Shown: positions 27,314 through 41,924 of the stretch, in pieces
Position numbering within the stretch: position 1 is the stretch's first letter
Layout: the number at the start of each line of letters is the position of its first letter
Assembly (NCBI GenBank): GCA_030141605.1
Contig: JAQGDQ010000921.1
Span: 16,299 to 80,298 of the forward strand
DNA: 64,000 nt
Reading direction: 5' to 3'
Origin: Tubiluchus corallicola
Lineage: Eukaryota > Animalia > Priapulida
The notes under the pieces: generated by a model
What the model saw: only the letters and a program-made list of their open reading frames with translations
The model's database searches: none
What the model was told of the DNA's origin: nothing
Position numbers and translations under genes: made by a program

Positions 27314-28820
27314 GACTCCTCACCAGGGGGCTTCGTCGAGAAATGGAGCACCATAGAACGGTTGATCACACTACCTCTTCACGCATCCGATTATGTGAAC
27401 GACGTCTCTAAACTATGACGACTCCTGATGACGTCCTCGCCTCCACTTATATGACGCCAGAGTAGAGTAGCATTCGAACTCATGCTCTCGTCACGAGGTA
27501 GGGGTCACCAAGTTCATCAGGTAAACAACATCAGCAACAGGTAAGTATCATTGTCAGCAAGCAGCTATTAGCTATGTCATAACTATGTTGACATATTTCT
27601 TTTCTTCAAGCAAACACTATTACTACTAGACCATCGCTACCACACGAGCACGTCTGCACAGCTCGTCAGTTTAGGACGGAATACCTGGACGTACTCAAAT
27701 GCCAGAAATTTCGTCTACGTGGCTTCAATCACATAATTATAGTAATGCATTAAACGGTGACATTGAACATACAGGTAAAATCTTATTTCAAAACAGGATA
27801 ATATGTAGCGTCATATCAAAAACAGTTTAGCTGAACTTTTTTAATGAAAAGTGAAAATAATTAATAACAATTTAGGAACTAGTTGTATAACCTGGCCTAT
27901 AATTAGCCTGAGCATCACAGTGGCCCTTTGTGGACCTTTGAGCATTTTGAAAAATTGGACTGAAAGTGTTGGTCCACTGGTGGTCCTTTGACTAGTGTCC
28001 TCACCTATCCTCCACAAAGGAAGTCGTTTGAGGATTTTCAAAGTTCTTTGACTGTTCTTTTAAACTGGTGGTCCTTGTGTTTGGTGGTCCTTTTACCTGT
28101 GATCATTTGTCCGGCGGTCTTTTAACTGCTCACCAGTTTCCTGTTACAACAAAAGTTTTCAGCAACCCCGCTTTTCTAGTTGTTCTGCTACAAGACAGTC
28201 GATCCTTAGATTTTTTTCAATGATTTTATAAACATCGTCAAGTATAAAATGCGATTCCAGCGTCAAAAAATTCGTAATGAATTCTGACTGTCCTGGTTCA
28301 TTTATTAGTTGCTCAATCATCAGTTTTCACTAACAATCTCCATTTTGGTTTACAAGTATTGATTTCCCGTATTGTCTTATACATCCTGCTAGAGTCATAT
28401 TTATTGTTTCAAATAATTTATTTTTCTAATATCTTCTAATAATATTTCTTCTTGAAGTTTCACATTCTGTAGCTTTTTGATTTCTGTACATGTTCCTTAT
28501 CTTCGGTTGGCTTGTGCTGCATCTGAAAACATATATGTTTAAATTTATTGACTTCCAAAATACAATACAGGTACATATGGGGTAAAACACAATATGTACA
28601 TAGAAGTCCATCGAAATATTAGTGAGTGCCTATTAGTGATTTTTCATTTTAAGCGCCTGTTTGTGTTTATTATAGACAGCATTATCTAAATTTGAATACT
28701 TTGATTTGTGCATAGTTTAAATTAGTTACACAGCATTATCATAATTTATTTCTACTATCTTTCACAAAATTTAAATTTTGCTTACCGCATTTCTCATTTG
28801 CTTATTACTGGAATATTCAC

Positions 28821-29093
<273 letters not shown>

Positions 29094-29575
29094 ACAACTT
29101 TCATTGTTTGACGACAGTTAACTTAGTTTTACTTACTATTTTGGTATACAATTGGTGGTTATGTTCTTAAAATTTTTGTATATTTTGTTTCTACAATTTG
29201 CTTTTATTTTTTACTTATTCTAAAAATTTGCTCTTTTAGCACTAAAACTAATGCGTATTTAATTTAATTTATAGGTGTGACTAGAATAGAGGACCGTATC
29301 GTTTGTTCGCCACGCCGTCTCTATAATTATTTATTAAACAAAAACGTATATATGTTAATATTACTAACAAGAAAGAGACAAATAAATAGAATAGAAGTGA
29401 ATTGAATTAAGTTAAAATGTGTCAGTGGTTTGCTGGTCTGCCTAGAAATCTGTAGGTTTGCCTACAATGCAGATCAAATAATGAAAAGGCAAATTTTGTG
29501 CAGTATTTGACTACGCTTTTATGTTTCATTCTCTGGTTTCAATGAAAGTATTGCTTTCTAGCTGTTACTTTATGT

Positions 29576-30152
29576 TTAAAGGAAAACAGGACGATTTTTC
29601 ATACCCAATTTCAAGTCTGATAAAAAGTATGCATTTTACATAATTGATACTGCAAAACCGTTTCTGATAAATGAATAATAGACTAAAAACTTAATTAATA
29701 GTGGACGAACCCAACATTGATGACATCACAAACTAACACAATTTTCAATAGGAAAAATATTCCACGAGTGTTTGCGAAAGCGAAAATTGAAATACAGCAG
29801 TTATGTAAGATATTCAGTGTGTTGCACTGAAACTGGGAAAGTTTTAAGATGGAAATTCAAATTTACCGCTGTGCTTGCGCATGCACTGTTGCACGTGTGT
29901 AGTTCGTCACAAACTAGCACATCTGAACTGAGCACCTGTTTTTGTGCAATGTTTTTCCGAAATGCTGGCGCCCGTCTAACTAGCGAATGGCACGTAACAG
30001 CGAAGAACTAGTGGCGCGAACCCGAAATTGTGTTTGGGAGGTAATAATTCTTTCAAGTAAGTCATTTTTGAAGAAATAGTGTGTTTCCTTTGAATATTTT
30101 AAAGAATAGATTGTTTTGACTTACAGTTTAGGATTGGGTCCGGTTTTGCTTT
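29576..30152 (+). mobile_element. Kolobok-like MITE family B
   Basis: TTAA-AGGAAAACAGGAC ... GTCCGGTTTTGCTTT; homologous to 44300-44901 and 45386-46013. Confidence 0.75.
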
Positions 30153-30474
30153 GCTTGTCTGTTTATCTTAGAACTGCTTTTTACATCAGTAATAAAGATT
30201 AGGCGGATTTCTTTAGTTAACGAACGGCTTTCGCAAATGAAATTTTTTGACTTTAATAAAGACAGACGCTGAACGATTATCATTACAAATAAAATGATCA
30301 CGGAATTTGTAGGCTTGCAAAGATCTACAAAATGGCATAAAACTTGTTTTTTTTGCACATTTTCAAAAAACATATTTTAATAACACCTAAAAAGTTTGCG
30401 TTGTTGCATAGTCAGTAGAGAAAATCATATTTGAAAGCACAGCTTCTAAGTGTTAGGTCTAAGTGTAGATACAT

Positions 30475-30970
30475 TTTTCTCCCACGAGATTTGAATTCCA
30501 GATAAGAAGCTTTTAGAGTCTAAAGCTTTATTCTCAGCTAACATCTCACTGTTCAGCTCAGGTAAAATTTACTTAATGACAGATCAATTTCAGACAAAGC
30601 TTCTCTGTACATCAACAAAGATGCTAATCCCCTTGACTATGCATCAACAAAGATGCTATCAACGCATAAAGCTGCTTATCTCTAGAATGATTGACGTTAA
30701 TCCTAAAAGTAGGCGCCTAGCCACCCAGAAATTATCCCAAAGTGCTTTTTAAATGCGCTGAGTATTTGAACGAAGCTAATCCAGGTTTTAAGTTGATTAA
30801 CTTTGTAAGAAAAAGTCGAGGTCTATTTCGTCCATTAGACATTATCTCTTTTCAGCAGACTGGAGCAGAAAAATAAGCTGACGATTCTAATAAGATGTAA
30901 ACACCAATTTTGAAAATAAGGGTCTATTCAGTAGCTCAGAAATTGTAATTGCCATTTAAAAGTTTTTTAT
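30475..30970 (+). repeat. Motif module C plus a partial module
   Basis: Close match to 46470-46660 and 62510-62760; TAATCC x3, TGACAG, TAAGTTGATTA. Confidence 0.8.
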
Positions 30971-31903
30971 GCTTCGATCAACCGCCAGATGTCCTGTGAA
31001 AACCTGCAGCTAATTGTCTGATCTGAGTCAATTTACCACTTTTTCAGTATTTATCATATCCCTGTTTAATTAAGTCATTGAAAGAACTTTAATTTGGGTT
31101 TTTCAGGTGATTTAAGAAGATTAACGAAAAGTTGCTTTAATAATTAGGTTTGGAAACGTTTTTTCAGAGAATATAACCTACACGATGCATGGCACCGCAG
31201 ATGTTGGTATGCCAGCCCTCCCAGGAGCTCCAAATTGCCCTACTACACTTAGTGTTGAACAGGCTGTCCAACTATCATGCGACACTCTTTGCAAGTACCA
31301 TTTCTCTAGTAATAACAGGTCACGCGGCGCTGATTCGAAAAACAAACAGCGGGTCAAAAGTAAATCCAAAATTTTCCTTTGATATGCGCATTGCAGTCAT
31401 TGGAGCTGTAGCCTCGAAATTTTATACCAGCGAAACCTATATGCAAACTAGCAAAACACCGCGAAAGAATCTTGCGCATAAACCCAAAACGAAAATCCAA
31501 ACTACCCACAAAACATTCTATTCTATAACACACCACGCCACCCACAAAACCCCACTCATCAACAATACACTCACCACGTCACACCACACTCACCATAACC
31601 CATTAGACCACTCACTCCTCATGGCACCAGACCATCCACACCACGCCACGCCACTCTCTGACTGCCACCGTCGATGCTGAACACTATAGTGACAATGACA
31701 ACGACCGTGACAGCAACAGTATCAAGTGCAACGAAAACAACAGCCGTGTGAAACCATGCAAAAATATTTTATGCAATTTGCAATTGTGTACAATGACAAA
31801 AGCTATTAAACCCAATCACTAGTGATCAATAATGAGCGAACATTCTTTGCTTACATGGTCTTTGCTTACTGCTCTCGTAATTTCAGCAATGTTAGCTAAT
31901 TTT

Positions 31904-32385
31904 TTAAAGGGCAAGAAATGACAATTTTGAATTAGGCCTACAGAAATACTTCCCAGAGAACTTTACACACAAAGTTATATTACTCAGCGTTACGCTTACC
32001 TATTTCTAACAATTTAAAATAATCGCGTCATCTGGTAAACGTCATTGCACCAGCATCCCAGTGTGCACCACTGATTCACCAAAACAACATTATTGATCTG
32101 ACTGACTTTTTAAAAAGTAATTTAAACTTTTACTTAATTGGCGAAGAGTGTGCAGCGAATTCTGATGATTGATTTAAAGTTTACTCAATCTAAACTTGTT
32201 TCAAATAACTTAAGGTTAAAAAGGTTGCGCCTAACAGCCATCGCGAGAGTTTATATTAATTAGTTTTGCGCATCGTTACTGCTAACACAAGCTCTGTATG
32301 CAAGGAGACAGCATGTGAGTGATACAAAATTTCAAGACGATTTTAAGCTTTTAATTGCAAAGAATGTTTTAATGTGCTTTACCAC
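31904..32385 (-). mobile_element. Kolobok-like MITE family A, diverged, reverse orientation
   Basis: Starts TTAA-AGGGCAAGAA; contains the reverse complements of family blocks GTGGTGCAC and TGCATACAGAGC...CAGTAACGATG. Confidence 0.6.
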
Positions 32386-33324
32386 AAGTCAAACAACCAC
32401 CAGACAAAGGACATCTGGTCAAGTTTCGACTGAAAACATAACGAACCAGTGGTCAAATGACGACCAAATACAGCAGACAGACGAACTATTTGAAATACAT
32501 TTTGCTTCATGTTGAGATAGACATAATTAATTTCAGAGGATAAAGTTCCAAATCAATTATTTTTGCATTATTACGGAACCTAATTAGTGATAGACACTAA
32601 TTAAGACCAGATAGAAGGAATAACATTTGGAATGTTTTCTTGCAACTAACCTCAAACATTAAAGCATTTCCCAACGCCAACAAATCACTTGTGATTATCT
32701 TTTTTTATAATTCGAAAGGGTTAAAAGGTGCACATTGAAAATCTAAAGTGTCTTTTATCGTTAATGAAATAACGCATGCGCATAACGCATTCCTAGTGTC
32801 TGATTAAACGCTGCTTTAGTCTGTTCCCCTCAGAGCCTGAGAAACAGTAAACTATGTAGAATGTTCGTCCATTATTGATCAGTAAGCATATATTATAATA
32901 CACGCAGTTTCAAAGGTGTGATATCAGTGGTGTGGTGTTGCGCAGATGGTGTGGCATGAATGGTGTAGGTTTTTGTATTTGTTAATATGCAAACATAACA
33001 TTGGCTCTGCTGTGATAGAGAGTTTTTATTGGGCAGTAATTAAGAGCGTCTTAACAACATTCCCTCATTCTTTAGAATGGCTTTTTTAATGCAGAGAGAT
33101 CGCATCAGGTTAAATCCGCTTTAAAAATAATAGGAATAAAACAGAAATCCACGACTTATTTGCACGACACGAGGGTCGCAAAGAAAGCGCATGTTATCAT
33201 TAATGAGGAATGTACTCCTGCTAACAAATTTTAAAATGTTCCTGTCAAGTTGTAGGTACCATTTCTGATACGTCAAACCACAAGAACTTTAAATACTTTC
33301 TGTCTTGTTCAAAAATGTGGCGAA

Positions 33325-33520
33325 GTTTGGTAAAAGCAAGTTTGGTACTGGTAGATTTGGTACTAAGAATTTTTAGTTCGTGATAATTTTGGTATTAAGA
33401 ATTTTTATTACGTGGTAATTTTGCTACTAAGTACGTGGTAATTTTGATGGAGGTATATTTGTGCACTTTGTACGAAGAATATTTTTGGTGCTAGGAAAAT
33501 TTCGTACTAGGAAAGTTTTG
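33325..33520 (+). repeat. Degenerate TTTGGTACT subrepeat array
   Basis: Same motif type as 8145-8430. Confidence 0.5.
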
Positions 33521-34356
33521 TTTATTAGAACGTTCATAAAACATTATAATTAATAAAGTGTGACAGCTAAAGTTTTATGTGTGAGTACAAACCCATGTTG
33601 GCACATTTGAGAATTCTTTCAGCAAAACCTGAAAGGTCTCCAACTCGCCATGCACCGTCAACTTGGTTTCTTTTTGGGAAAATGATCATTTTCTCCCATA
33701 TTTACAGAACTTATGAAACAGAAACGAGAACAAGGCAGTGACGTCACTGGAAAGAACATCTTCTGCAGTGGCGCCTCGTAGCTAAAATTAGTGGCGTGCA
33801 GGAAAATTAACAATTTTCAGCCATTGTTTTAATACTGTGTAAGAAGAAACAAACATGTGTGTAATTACAATGCTGTAATTGTGATTTTAAACAAACAATC
33901 ACATTTAAACATAACCTTGATAAACTCATAAACAAAAAATATTGTTTTCTTACGAATAGCCTAAATTGTCTCAGTTCAAGAAAATGCGAATACACGGCTT
34001 TTAAGCACGTGACAACTGACAACACGTACTGCAGTGAGTGACAGTACGCCTTCTACCTCTAAAGTACAGCGACTTACCTCAAATGTGTGTGCATGGCCGC
34101 ATGCGCACAACAGCCAAACACCATGTTGCTTGCGCTGTGAACAAATTGTACTTCCCTCGTGTGCTCCGGTTCTGCACAAGTATAAAAAAGAAATAAAGAA
34201 AAACACTTACTATATTGAATGTTATGGATCATAATGAGTGAAAAAAGGGGGTGCTGCAGTACAGCAGTACATATACACGAGCCGCCACTCATCTTGTAGC
34301 AATGGTTTGGTTCTGCGTGAGGCCCACAGTAAGGAGTAAGAATCATCCTCCTATTA

Positions 34357-35143
34357 CTGCTGGTGACAGTGGTAAAGATGGCGGTGTAACACCGTTATGA
34401 CGCTGCTGCTGACAGTGGTAATGATGATGGTGTAACACTGTTATGACGCTGCTGCTGACAGTGGTAACGATGGTGGTGTAACACTGTTATGATGCTGCTG
34501 CTGCTGGCAGTGGTAACGATGATGGCGTAACACTGTTATGATGCTGCTGCTGCTAGCAGTGGTAACGATGATGGTGTAACACTGTTATGATGCTGCTGCT
34601 GGCAGTGGCAACGATGGTGGTGTAACACTGTTATGACGTTGCTGCTGACAGTGGTAACGATGGTGGTGTAATACTGTTATGACGCTGCTGCTGACAGTGG
34701 TAATGATGATGGTGTAACACTGTTATGATGCTGCTGCTGACAGTGGTAACGATGGTGGTGTAATACTGTTATGACGCTGCTGCTGACAGTGGTAACGATG
34801 GTGGTGTAACACTGTTATGATTCTGCTGCTGACAGTGGTAACGATGATGGTGTAACACTGTTATGATACTGCTGCTGGCAGTGGTAGCGATGATGGTGTA
34901 ACACTGTTATGACGCTGCTGCTGGCAGTGGTAACGATGATGGTGTAACACTGTTAAGATGCTGCTGCTGGCAGTGGTAAAGATGGTGGTGTAATACTGTT
35001 ATGACGCTGCTGCTGCTGGCAGTGATAACGATGATGGTGTAATACTGTTATGACGCTGCTGCTGCTGGCAGTGGTAACGATGATGGTGTAACACTGTTGT
35101 GATGCTGCTGGTATTGGTAACGATGGTGGTGTAATACTGTTAT
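34357..35143. repeat. 46/49-bp minisatellite, ~17 copies
   Basis: Unit GCTGCTGCTGACAGTGGTAACGATGGTGGTGTAACACTGTTATGAC with variable GCT number. Confidence 0.95.
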
Positions 35144-35638
35144 ATTTTCGCATACAACCGCACAACCTTTTTCTAATGAGAACAACAAACTTAACCAGGC
35201 ACAATGCTGAAGGAAAATCATCATTCATTAGAACCGAAATGAACAGGTTACTTAAAAGCATTAACTAATCTATGCTCAAATATTGGAAAACATATGTCTG
35301 GACGCCTTGAGAACCTGCACTTTTGCTTGGTTTCTGTGCCGTAATGACTTTCTAAATTGGGTTCAAGTGTGAATGGATCGTCTACGACATTTTGTTTTGC
35401 CAAATAAATGGGCGCTGAGCTGACATTATAAAGAGGGGGGGGGCATTATAATGAGGTCTGACTGTATACCGTAAACTGTTACAATACCAGTTCGGGTATT
35501 AATCAAATTTTTGGAATAATGACTAAAGTGAACAAGCTTATGTTTTTCACACTTTAACTCTATAATGTAGCTTAAAGCTTCAAGTAAACCAACTTTTTAA
35601 CTATCACACAGATTATGTAACACTCATGCTGTATTCCG

Positions 35639-36171
35639 TTAAAGTACAAGAAAACCCTCTACTTATATCAATCTTAAAATTTTCATCTTGACACTTTATA
35701 CCGCTTATGTACTGCCTTTTTGCATACAGAGCATGTGCCGGCAGTAACGATGAAAAAATAATCAGAGCATTCGTAGCACACACATCACTAAGTAAAATTT
35801 TGAATTACTGTCAATAAGATTAAAAATGCGTTTTTTATGTTAATGAGTGGTGCACCCTGGAGACAACGACATTTTACCAATTTGTGAAAACATTTTAAAT
35901 AATTATTTTTTTCTAGCAAGTAATCTAACTTTACATGGAAAGTTTTTTAGGACATGATTTAACATTTCCTTTCCTTCAAGTAATTTACGTTGTGCGTAGT
36001 GACGTCATGTAATGGCGACTTCGGAACAGTATCGCGGGAAATTTAAAATGAAAACAAACAAAAATGCTTTCAATGCGAGTATGATATACGCTAAAATGGC
36101 TATAAAGTAATAAAATTTTTAAGGCGATTTTTCTGAAACCTACTTCAGGTGCCTCTTTTCTTGTCCTTTAA
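35639..36171 (+). mobile_element. Kolobok-like MITE family A, both ends intact
   Basis: TTAA-AGTACAAGAAAA ... TTTTCTTGTCCT-TTAA: short TIR, AG...CT termini and TTAA TSD, as expected for Kolobok. Confidence 0.85.
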
Positions 36172-36304
36172 GTTTATAACATACAAGTTTTCAGCTTAGA
36201 AATTCGCGTCACAGAAGTTTTTGGATTTTATTTAAAATGCATTTGCCGATATTTTTCAAACCAAATATAAATTTACGATAGTAATGGCAACGCATTGAAT
36301 CAGT

Positions 36305-37336
36305 TTGTAGCATCTCATTATCCCAGCCTCCAATACTGAAGGTTGATGAACTTTGTCTTTATGCCGCAGAATTTGCATTTCAGAGGAGCTTGAGATTTCA
36401 AAGCTTCTTTGTTTACAGATAAAAGCTTCTGGTTTGAATGCAGACGCTCATTTTCTAAATGACAGCTCAATTTACAAACACGACTGGCTCTTCTCAACAA
36501 CAAAAGCTTCATCCAGGTCTAAGCCGATTAACTCTAAGATAATTTGCTTTAATCCTAGAAAACATGCAGCTAGTCAGTTCAGCAGAAATTATCTAAATGG
36601 TTTTTACGGAATGAATGGCATAGACCCTAATAGCCAGGCGCCAGACATTCATCCAGAAATTATTGCTCTAGCAGCAAATGAAGGAATATTTGTAAACATC
36701 TAGGGATGATGATAGAAATCTTCCCGCCTTAAAAAAACAAAATTACTAAAAATAAATGCAAGTACAAACAAGCAAGTATTAACTAGACATGTCAAAAACA
36801 CATTTATTTTCATAAACAACTTCCGTAAGGTAATAAAATAAAGGTGTGTTCATCTGACATTTCCTGCTGGTGTGTGGCAATTAATATGAGAACAGAATCT
36901 TGACAAAAAGTTTAACAAATATGTCACAATCCCCCCCCCCAAGAAGTTTTAAAGTCACTTTGCTCTTTACTAGATGTTTATGGTGTTTATCATGTTACTC
37001 ATGTTAATTTCCGCAAAAGTATAAATAACTTCTATTGCGCTGTTAAGGACCCCCAAAATCACTGAATTGATTCGTTGTCATTTTACAGGGTGTTGCTTCT
37101 TTAATCCCGAGTTGTTAAGCAGCTTATAGGATTAAGTTACCGGATTAGCATTAGCCCACTGATAATACAAAGAGTGACTATCATTGTATCAAGTATTCAA
37201 GGCGGGATAATTTACTCTATCTGAGCATTTCCATAAGATTACCTTTAACATGCAAATTAGACAAAAGTAAACGAACGCAAATCGCAAAGCAAGTAAGAAA
37301 GTTGATCAGCTACATTTGACAGATAAAACTATTGAC

Positions 37337-37367
<31 letters not shown>

Positions 37368-37436
37368 GAGGGAGAGAGAGAGGAAGAGAGAGAGAGTGAG
37401 AGAGAGAGTGAGAGAGAGAGAGAGAGAGAGCGAGAC

Positions 37437-37506
<70 letters not shown>

Positions 37507-37705
37507 CAGTGTCCTTGATCGTAAGGTTGGGATAATGACATTTAAGGATGTTTCAGGCTGCTATCAGTGTTTGGAATCTACAACTTGAAGAAAGACACTA
37601 ATCCCTCTCTAGCTGAGTGCATGATTGTTCCGCAAAAGTTAATTTTCTAAAAGACACAAAGCTTGCGAGCGCTCAGCGTGGGAAAACCTAATCCCTGAAA
37701 GACAG
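36305..37705 (+). repeat. Composite unit 2: module A + spacer + (GA)n + partial module B
   Basis: Colinear with units 1 and 3; TAAGCCGATTA at 36520; TAATCC/GGATTA x6; (GA)n at 37336-37503. Confidence 0.85.
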
Positions 37706-39894
37706 ATGAGAGGCAATGCGAACATCTAATTTTCTAATGCAAACCGTTGAGAGGCGGATCCATGTTTACATTAGAAAATTAAATTACACCATTAGAAAAG
37801 TATTAAAAAGTATGCTTCTTCTTCCTGAATTTTGAATATTAAATAAAGAAAAAACTTTGTAAATCGTAAACTGACAACTGTAAATTGCTAATCCTTGCAC
37901 CATAAACAATGACTTCAGTATATTTGGTAATTTGTGCAGCACAAATAGCGTTGTACTAGATTATTTTGTCCTGCTATACATTTTTCAGCTTTATAATAGA
38001 ATGTGTCAGTATAACCTTGCTTAAAATATCGGAATAAATAATTATTTTGTCATCAAACCACATTATATAGTTAGTTTCTTATTTTGTAAAAGTGGATAAT
38101 AATATGTTAATAATAAATGTATTATCATCATTAAGTTTTATTTCAGTCCAACTGACCACGAGAAGTTTATTTAATCCTAATATCTTCACAATACTGCTCT
38201 GTAAAAATAAACAAAACATTTTGTCATTATGCAAAAACAAAAGCTAATGAACAACAGTTAAAGTTCTGGTTGATATTAAAAGTCCTACTAATTTCACTGA
38301 CTGAAACAAATTAAAAATGTTCCTACACGTTTAATCAGTAATTCTACAGCTAATATGTTATAGTCTCTGTGGGCATGGGGTTCACATATTTTTTGTCAAG
38401 GCTGATAAAATGTAGCTGTCACTAAAAATTGTCACACTAGCATTATAGTTATGCTTCAGTGAGTTTCTTTGTGTTTACAAATTCATTAATTCTTCTTGCA
38501 GAATGAAGTTACTATATCGACTTGTTTTACAAGAAAAGAACTTTTGTTACCAAGACCCACACTTTTGCAGCTTGTATTGCTGACGATGTTTTCAATTAAT
38601 GCCTATCCCACCCAAAGATGAAATACAGTAATGTAGTAAAAACAGCTTTATTTTTAGCCCAGTTGTGTACGACCCTACCACAAGTACACTTTGCTACGGT
38701 CGGCAGAGCTGCGCTAGTTCAAATTTTTCACGGGGGAGGCGTATGTGCAGCTCCATGGCATTTACCGCGAGATGCAAAAACGTTAATTACTCATTAATTA
38801 AACAACGTACTGCTAAAAAAATTCGCCAAGTTATTCCCCGGGAAGGCAACTATTAAATAAGTTTAACTTGATTTTCGTGATATTCACCCTTTAAATCAGC
38901 ATTGGTTGTTTTAATATACAACATATATGTTGCACCTTAAACTGGAGTAGTTATCAGTTTGAAAATGTATATAATATTTTTACAAGTAGATCAGTCAGGA
39001 ATGGATAGATAGGAAACCAACAGGTAATTGTTGATATGGCTAGAGACTGTATCGAAGGCTTAGAATGTAATGATTTCAATTTTTTAAACACAGCACAGCT
39101 GCTATCAAATCTGGATTACATTGTTAAATGTTAATTTATGAGAAATTGTACTGCTTAAATATTTTATCAAATTTCTTAGTTCCTATTGATATAACTGACT
39201 TACTGACTAGCTCCTTTAATCTAATTTACTATCGTTATGTTGTTTTATTACTAATCGTGTAAATAAATTGATTGATATCACTTCTTTATGACATACTTAT
39301 GTAAAGTATTTTCGAAATAAAATGATGTTAATATTAATAATTCATAGGTACACACAAATAAAAAAAGACGTGCACCACAATTACATGATGTTTACAATAT
39401 GCACACAAAATGTATTGTCCTGTGATGCTTAGAACCAAAATATGCCCACCTATAATCTCTATACAAAAAGTTCTTTCACTTGTTTGCGATTTTAGCAAAA
39501 AATATCCTCAAAACGTCATGTGATTTAACCGTCTTTATTAAATATCCAAAGGCAAACAAGAAATCAACTGATTGACCAACCAATAAGCCAAGTAGCCGAG
39601 TAACCAAGTTACATATTAAGCATTAACCATTAGCATTTTATCTGCAATAAATAAAGATATTCACTACATTTATATAACAGATGTAACAAAATTAATGATA
39701 CTGAATTCTTAAATCAAGTTCACATAATAATGTTAATATAATAAACAAATTGACTTACATCTTTGCCTCTTTAAGCCAACGGCACAAAATCACATCTATC
39801 AGCTTTGAGATCGACCAACCAAAAATATTAAATATATATATATATAGATAATAAATATTTGACACCACTGTCTTCTTATGGCAGAAGTGTAAGC

Positions 39895-40175
39895 TGCCTG
39901 ACTGGCTGACTAACTAAATCACTAACTGGCTGATAAACTGACTGATTGACTGACTGACTAACAAACTGACTGATTGACTGACTGACTGACTAACTGACTG
40001 ACTGACTGACTGACTGACTGACTGACTAACTGACTAACTGACTGATTGAGTAACTAACTAAACTACGAGCTGACTGACAAACTGGCTGTTTGACTGACTG
40101 ACATACTGACTGGCTGACTGATTGACTAACTGACTAAGTTACGAGCTGACTGACTCATTCACTGGACGACTGATT
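39895..40175. repeat. (ACTG/ACTA)n microsatellite
   Basis: Direct reading. Confidence 0.9.
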
Positions 40176-40606
40176 CTGAATACGACATAGTCTGATCATT
40201 ACTAACCCAACATGCAATTATAAAATAAATAAAAACAACTGCGCATTCATTCATTCCTTCATTCATTCAATCAGTCATTTGTTTATTCAATTATTCATTC
40301 ATGTTTATTGAGAATACTTTGTAGGCTATAGCTTTTGGGCTGCATCAGATATGCACCTTAAAACGATTTTCCCAACTTCCTTAATAACTGTTTAACTGGC
40401 GTGTAGCTATTTACAAAAAATAGGCACTAACTAAACTAAAATAGGCAACATCTAAATTTATTTTCTAAAATCACTGTTACAGTATTTACAGGTTTCTCGC
40501 CACACTCACAATATAAACTTGAATTTAGAAACACAATTTATATTCCTCAGTCGTTTTAACAAAATTTGGACGGCTGACTTCACATTTCACACAGTGTCTT
40601 TTTACC

Positions 40607-40772
40607 GTTTATGAATTATTATTTTTTTAAATTTATGAACTAAACTCTTTTTTGCAATTTATGAATTAAGCACTTTTTTACAATTTATGAACTAAACTCT
40701 TTTTTTACAATTGATGAATTAAACACTTTTTTTACTATTTATGAAATAACACTTTTTTAAATGTATGAATTA
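40607..40772. repeat. Degenerate ~27-bp AT-rich tandem repeat, ~6 copies
   Basis: Recurrent TTTATGAA(T/C)TAAAC(A/T)CTTTTTT(A/G)CAA. Confidence 0.75.
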
Positions 40773-41341
40773 TGATTGTGTTCAGTCGAAGCTATGTTTT
40801 TACTTTTTCAGTGTAGGGCATTTGTCCTGGGTGGTTATGTCACCTAGACTGTTTAATCTGTCACACATACCCTGGTTATTTATTTACGTGGAAAACAACT
40901 TATTCGTATTCGAACCAGGTAACACATTTCTGGCAGTTCTGGCATCTTACAGAATTATCTTTTGCAACGAGGGAATTTCTGGCCACAATCATCGTGTAAA
41001 AGTGATCGAAATGACCAATGCAGAGTTTTGACTGACCATGTACCGCACTGCCTCTCCACAAATTTCAATAAGATTATCTTTTCAGTCTGAAAATGCAATT
41101 TTACATTTACACGAATTGGGCATAATTACAATTAAAAATAATTAGCTAATGTCTGAGGAATGGAGAAAGCCATTAACGAATGAACCAGGCATGAATGCAC
41201 TTACGGTGGTCCACATTAATTAGTGGTTTCTGTTTAATTTACTAAAAGTATAAAAAACAAATGTAATTTCGAAATCACATGTCGCATGTGTAGTGCACTA
41301 AATTTAGCGCACTTTGCCCTACAGCATTAAACCATGACATG

Positions 41342-41871
41342 ACAAGAGTCTCGAAGCAGTAAATTCCTACCCGTTCTCATTGGTTGCTGGACTTCTTCTT
41401 GATGACGTCAAACTAACATGGCGAAGTTGTTGAATCCGGGTGGTGAATGCATTAAACGTTCTAACTAATGTACAGCAGTTGCACTGTTACCTAGCATAAT
41501 GTCTGAGCATAGCTATGCTGCTTGATTTACCTGTCTACTGATAAACTAAAGCACTAGGAGTACTGTGTACCACAGCAACTAAAATCTTGTAGTCGGCATG
41601 CATGTGTTGTGTAAAATATGTGTAGTATTTATAAACTGTTATTATCAATAAATGTGTGTTTGCAAACCAAAATCACCCATAAGTCAGCATAGTTGAAACT
41701 ACGTTATGATACTTCAAATTAGTGCTCGAGTTCCAGTTTTATCAGTTTTCAAAACAGTAACAAAACTTTTAGTCTTGTAGTCGACAACTCCGCCATTTTA
41801 ATTTGACGTCAGCATGGCGAAGTACCGCAGCCAATGAGAATGCGTATGAAAGTACTGCCCGAGACTCTTGT
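41342..41871. mobile_element. MITE with ~90-bp imperfect TIRs
   Basis: Left ACAAGAGTCTCG...TTCTCATTGG...TGACGTCAAA...ATGGCG..GTTGT is mirrored at 41780-41871; no clear TSD. Confidence 0.75.
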
Positions 41872-41924
41872 AGCAATACTGTTCTAATGGCGCTATTACA
41901 TGACTGCCGAGCATCGTAAGTCAG

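Noticed and set aside
27312-27780. Solo LTR of the BEL element
   Set aside because: Promoter-like with splice donors, but no TG...CA termini, TSD or second copy could be established.
36353-36703. 116-aa ORF across module A
   Set aside because: Paralogous copies have stops and indels (e.g. GACTAG at ~23275) and no family is recognisable.
37329-37541. ER/SL dipeptide ORFs (also 23860-24108 and 47398-47658)
   Set aside because: Translations of (GA)n tracts.
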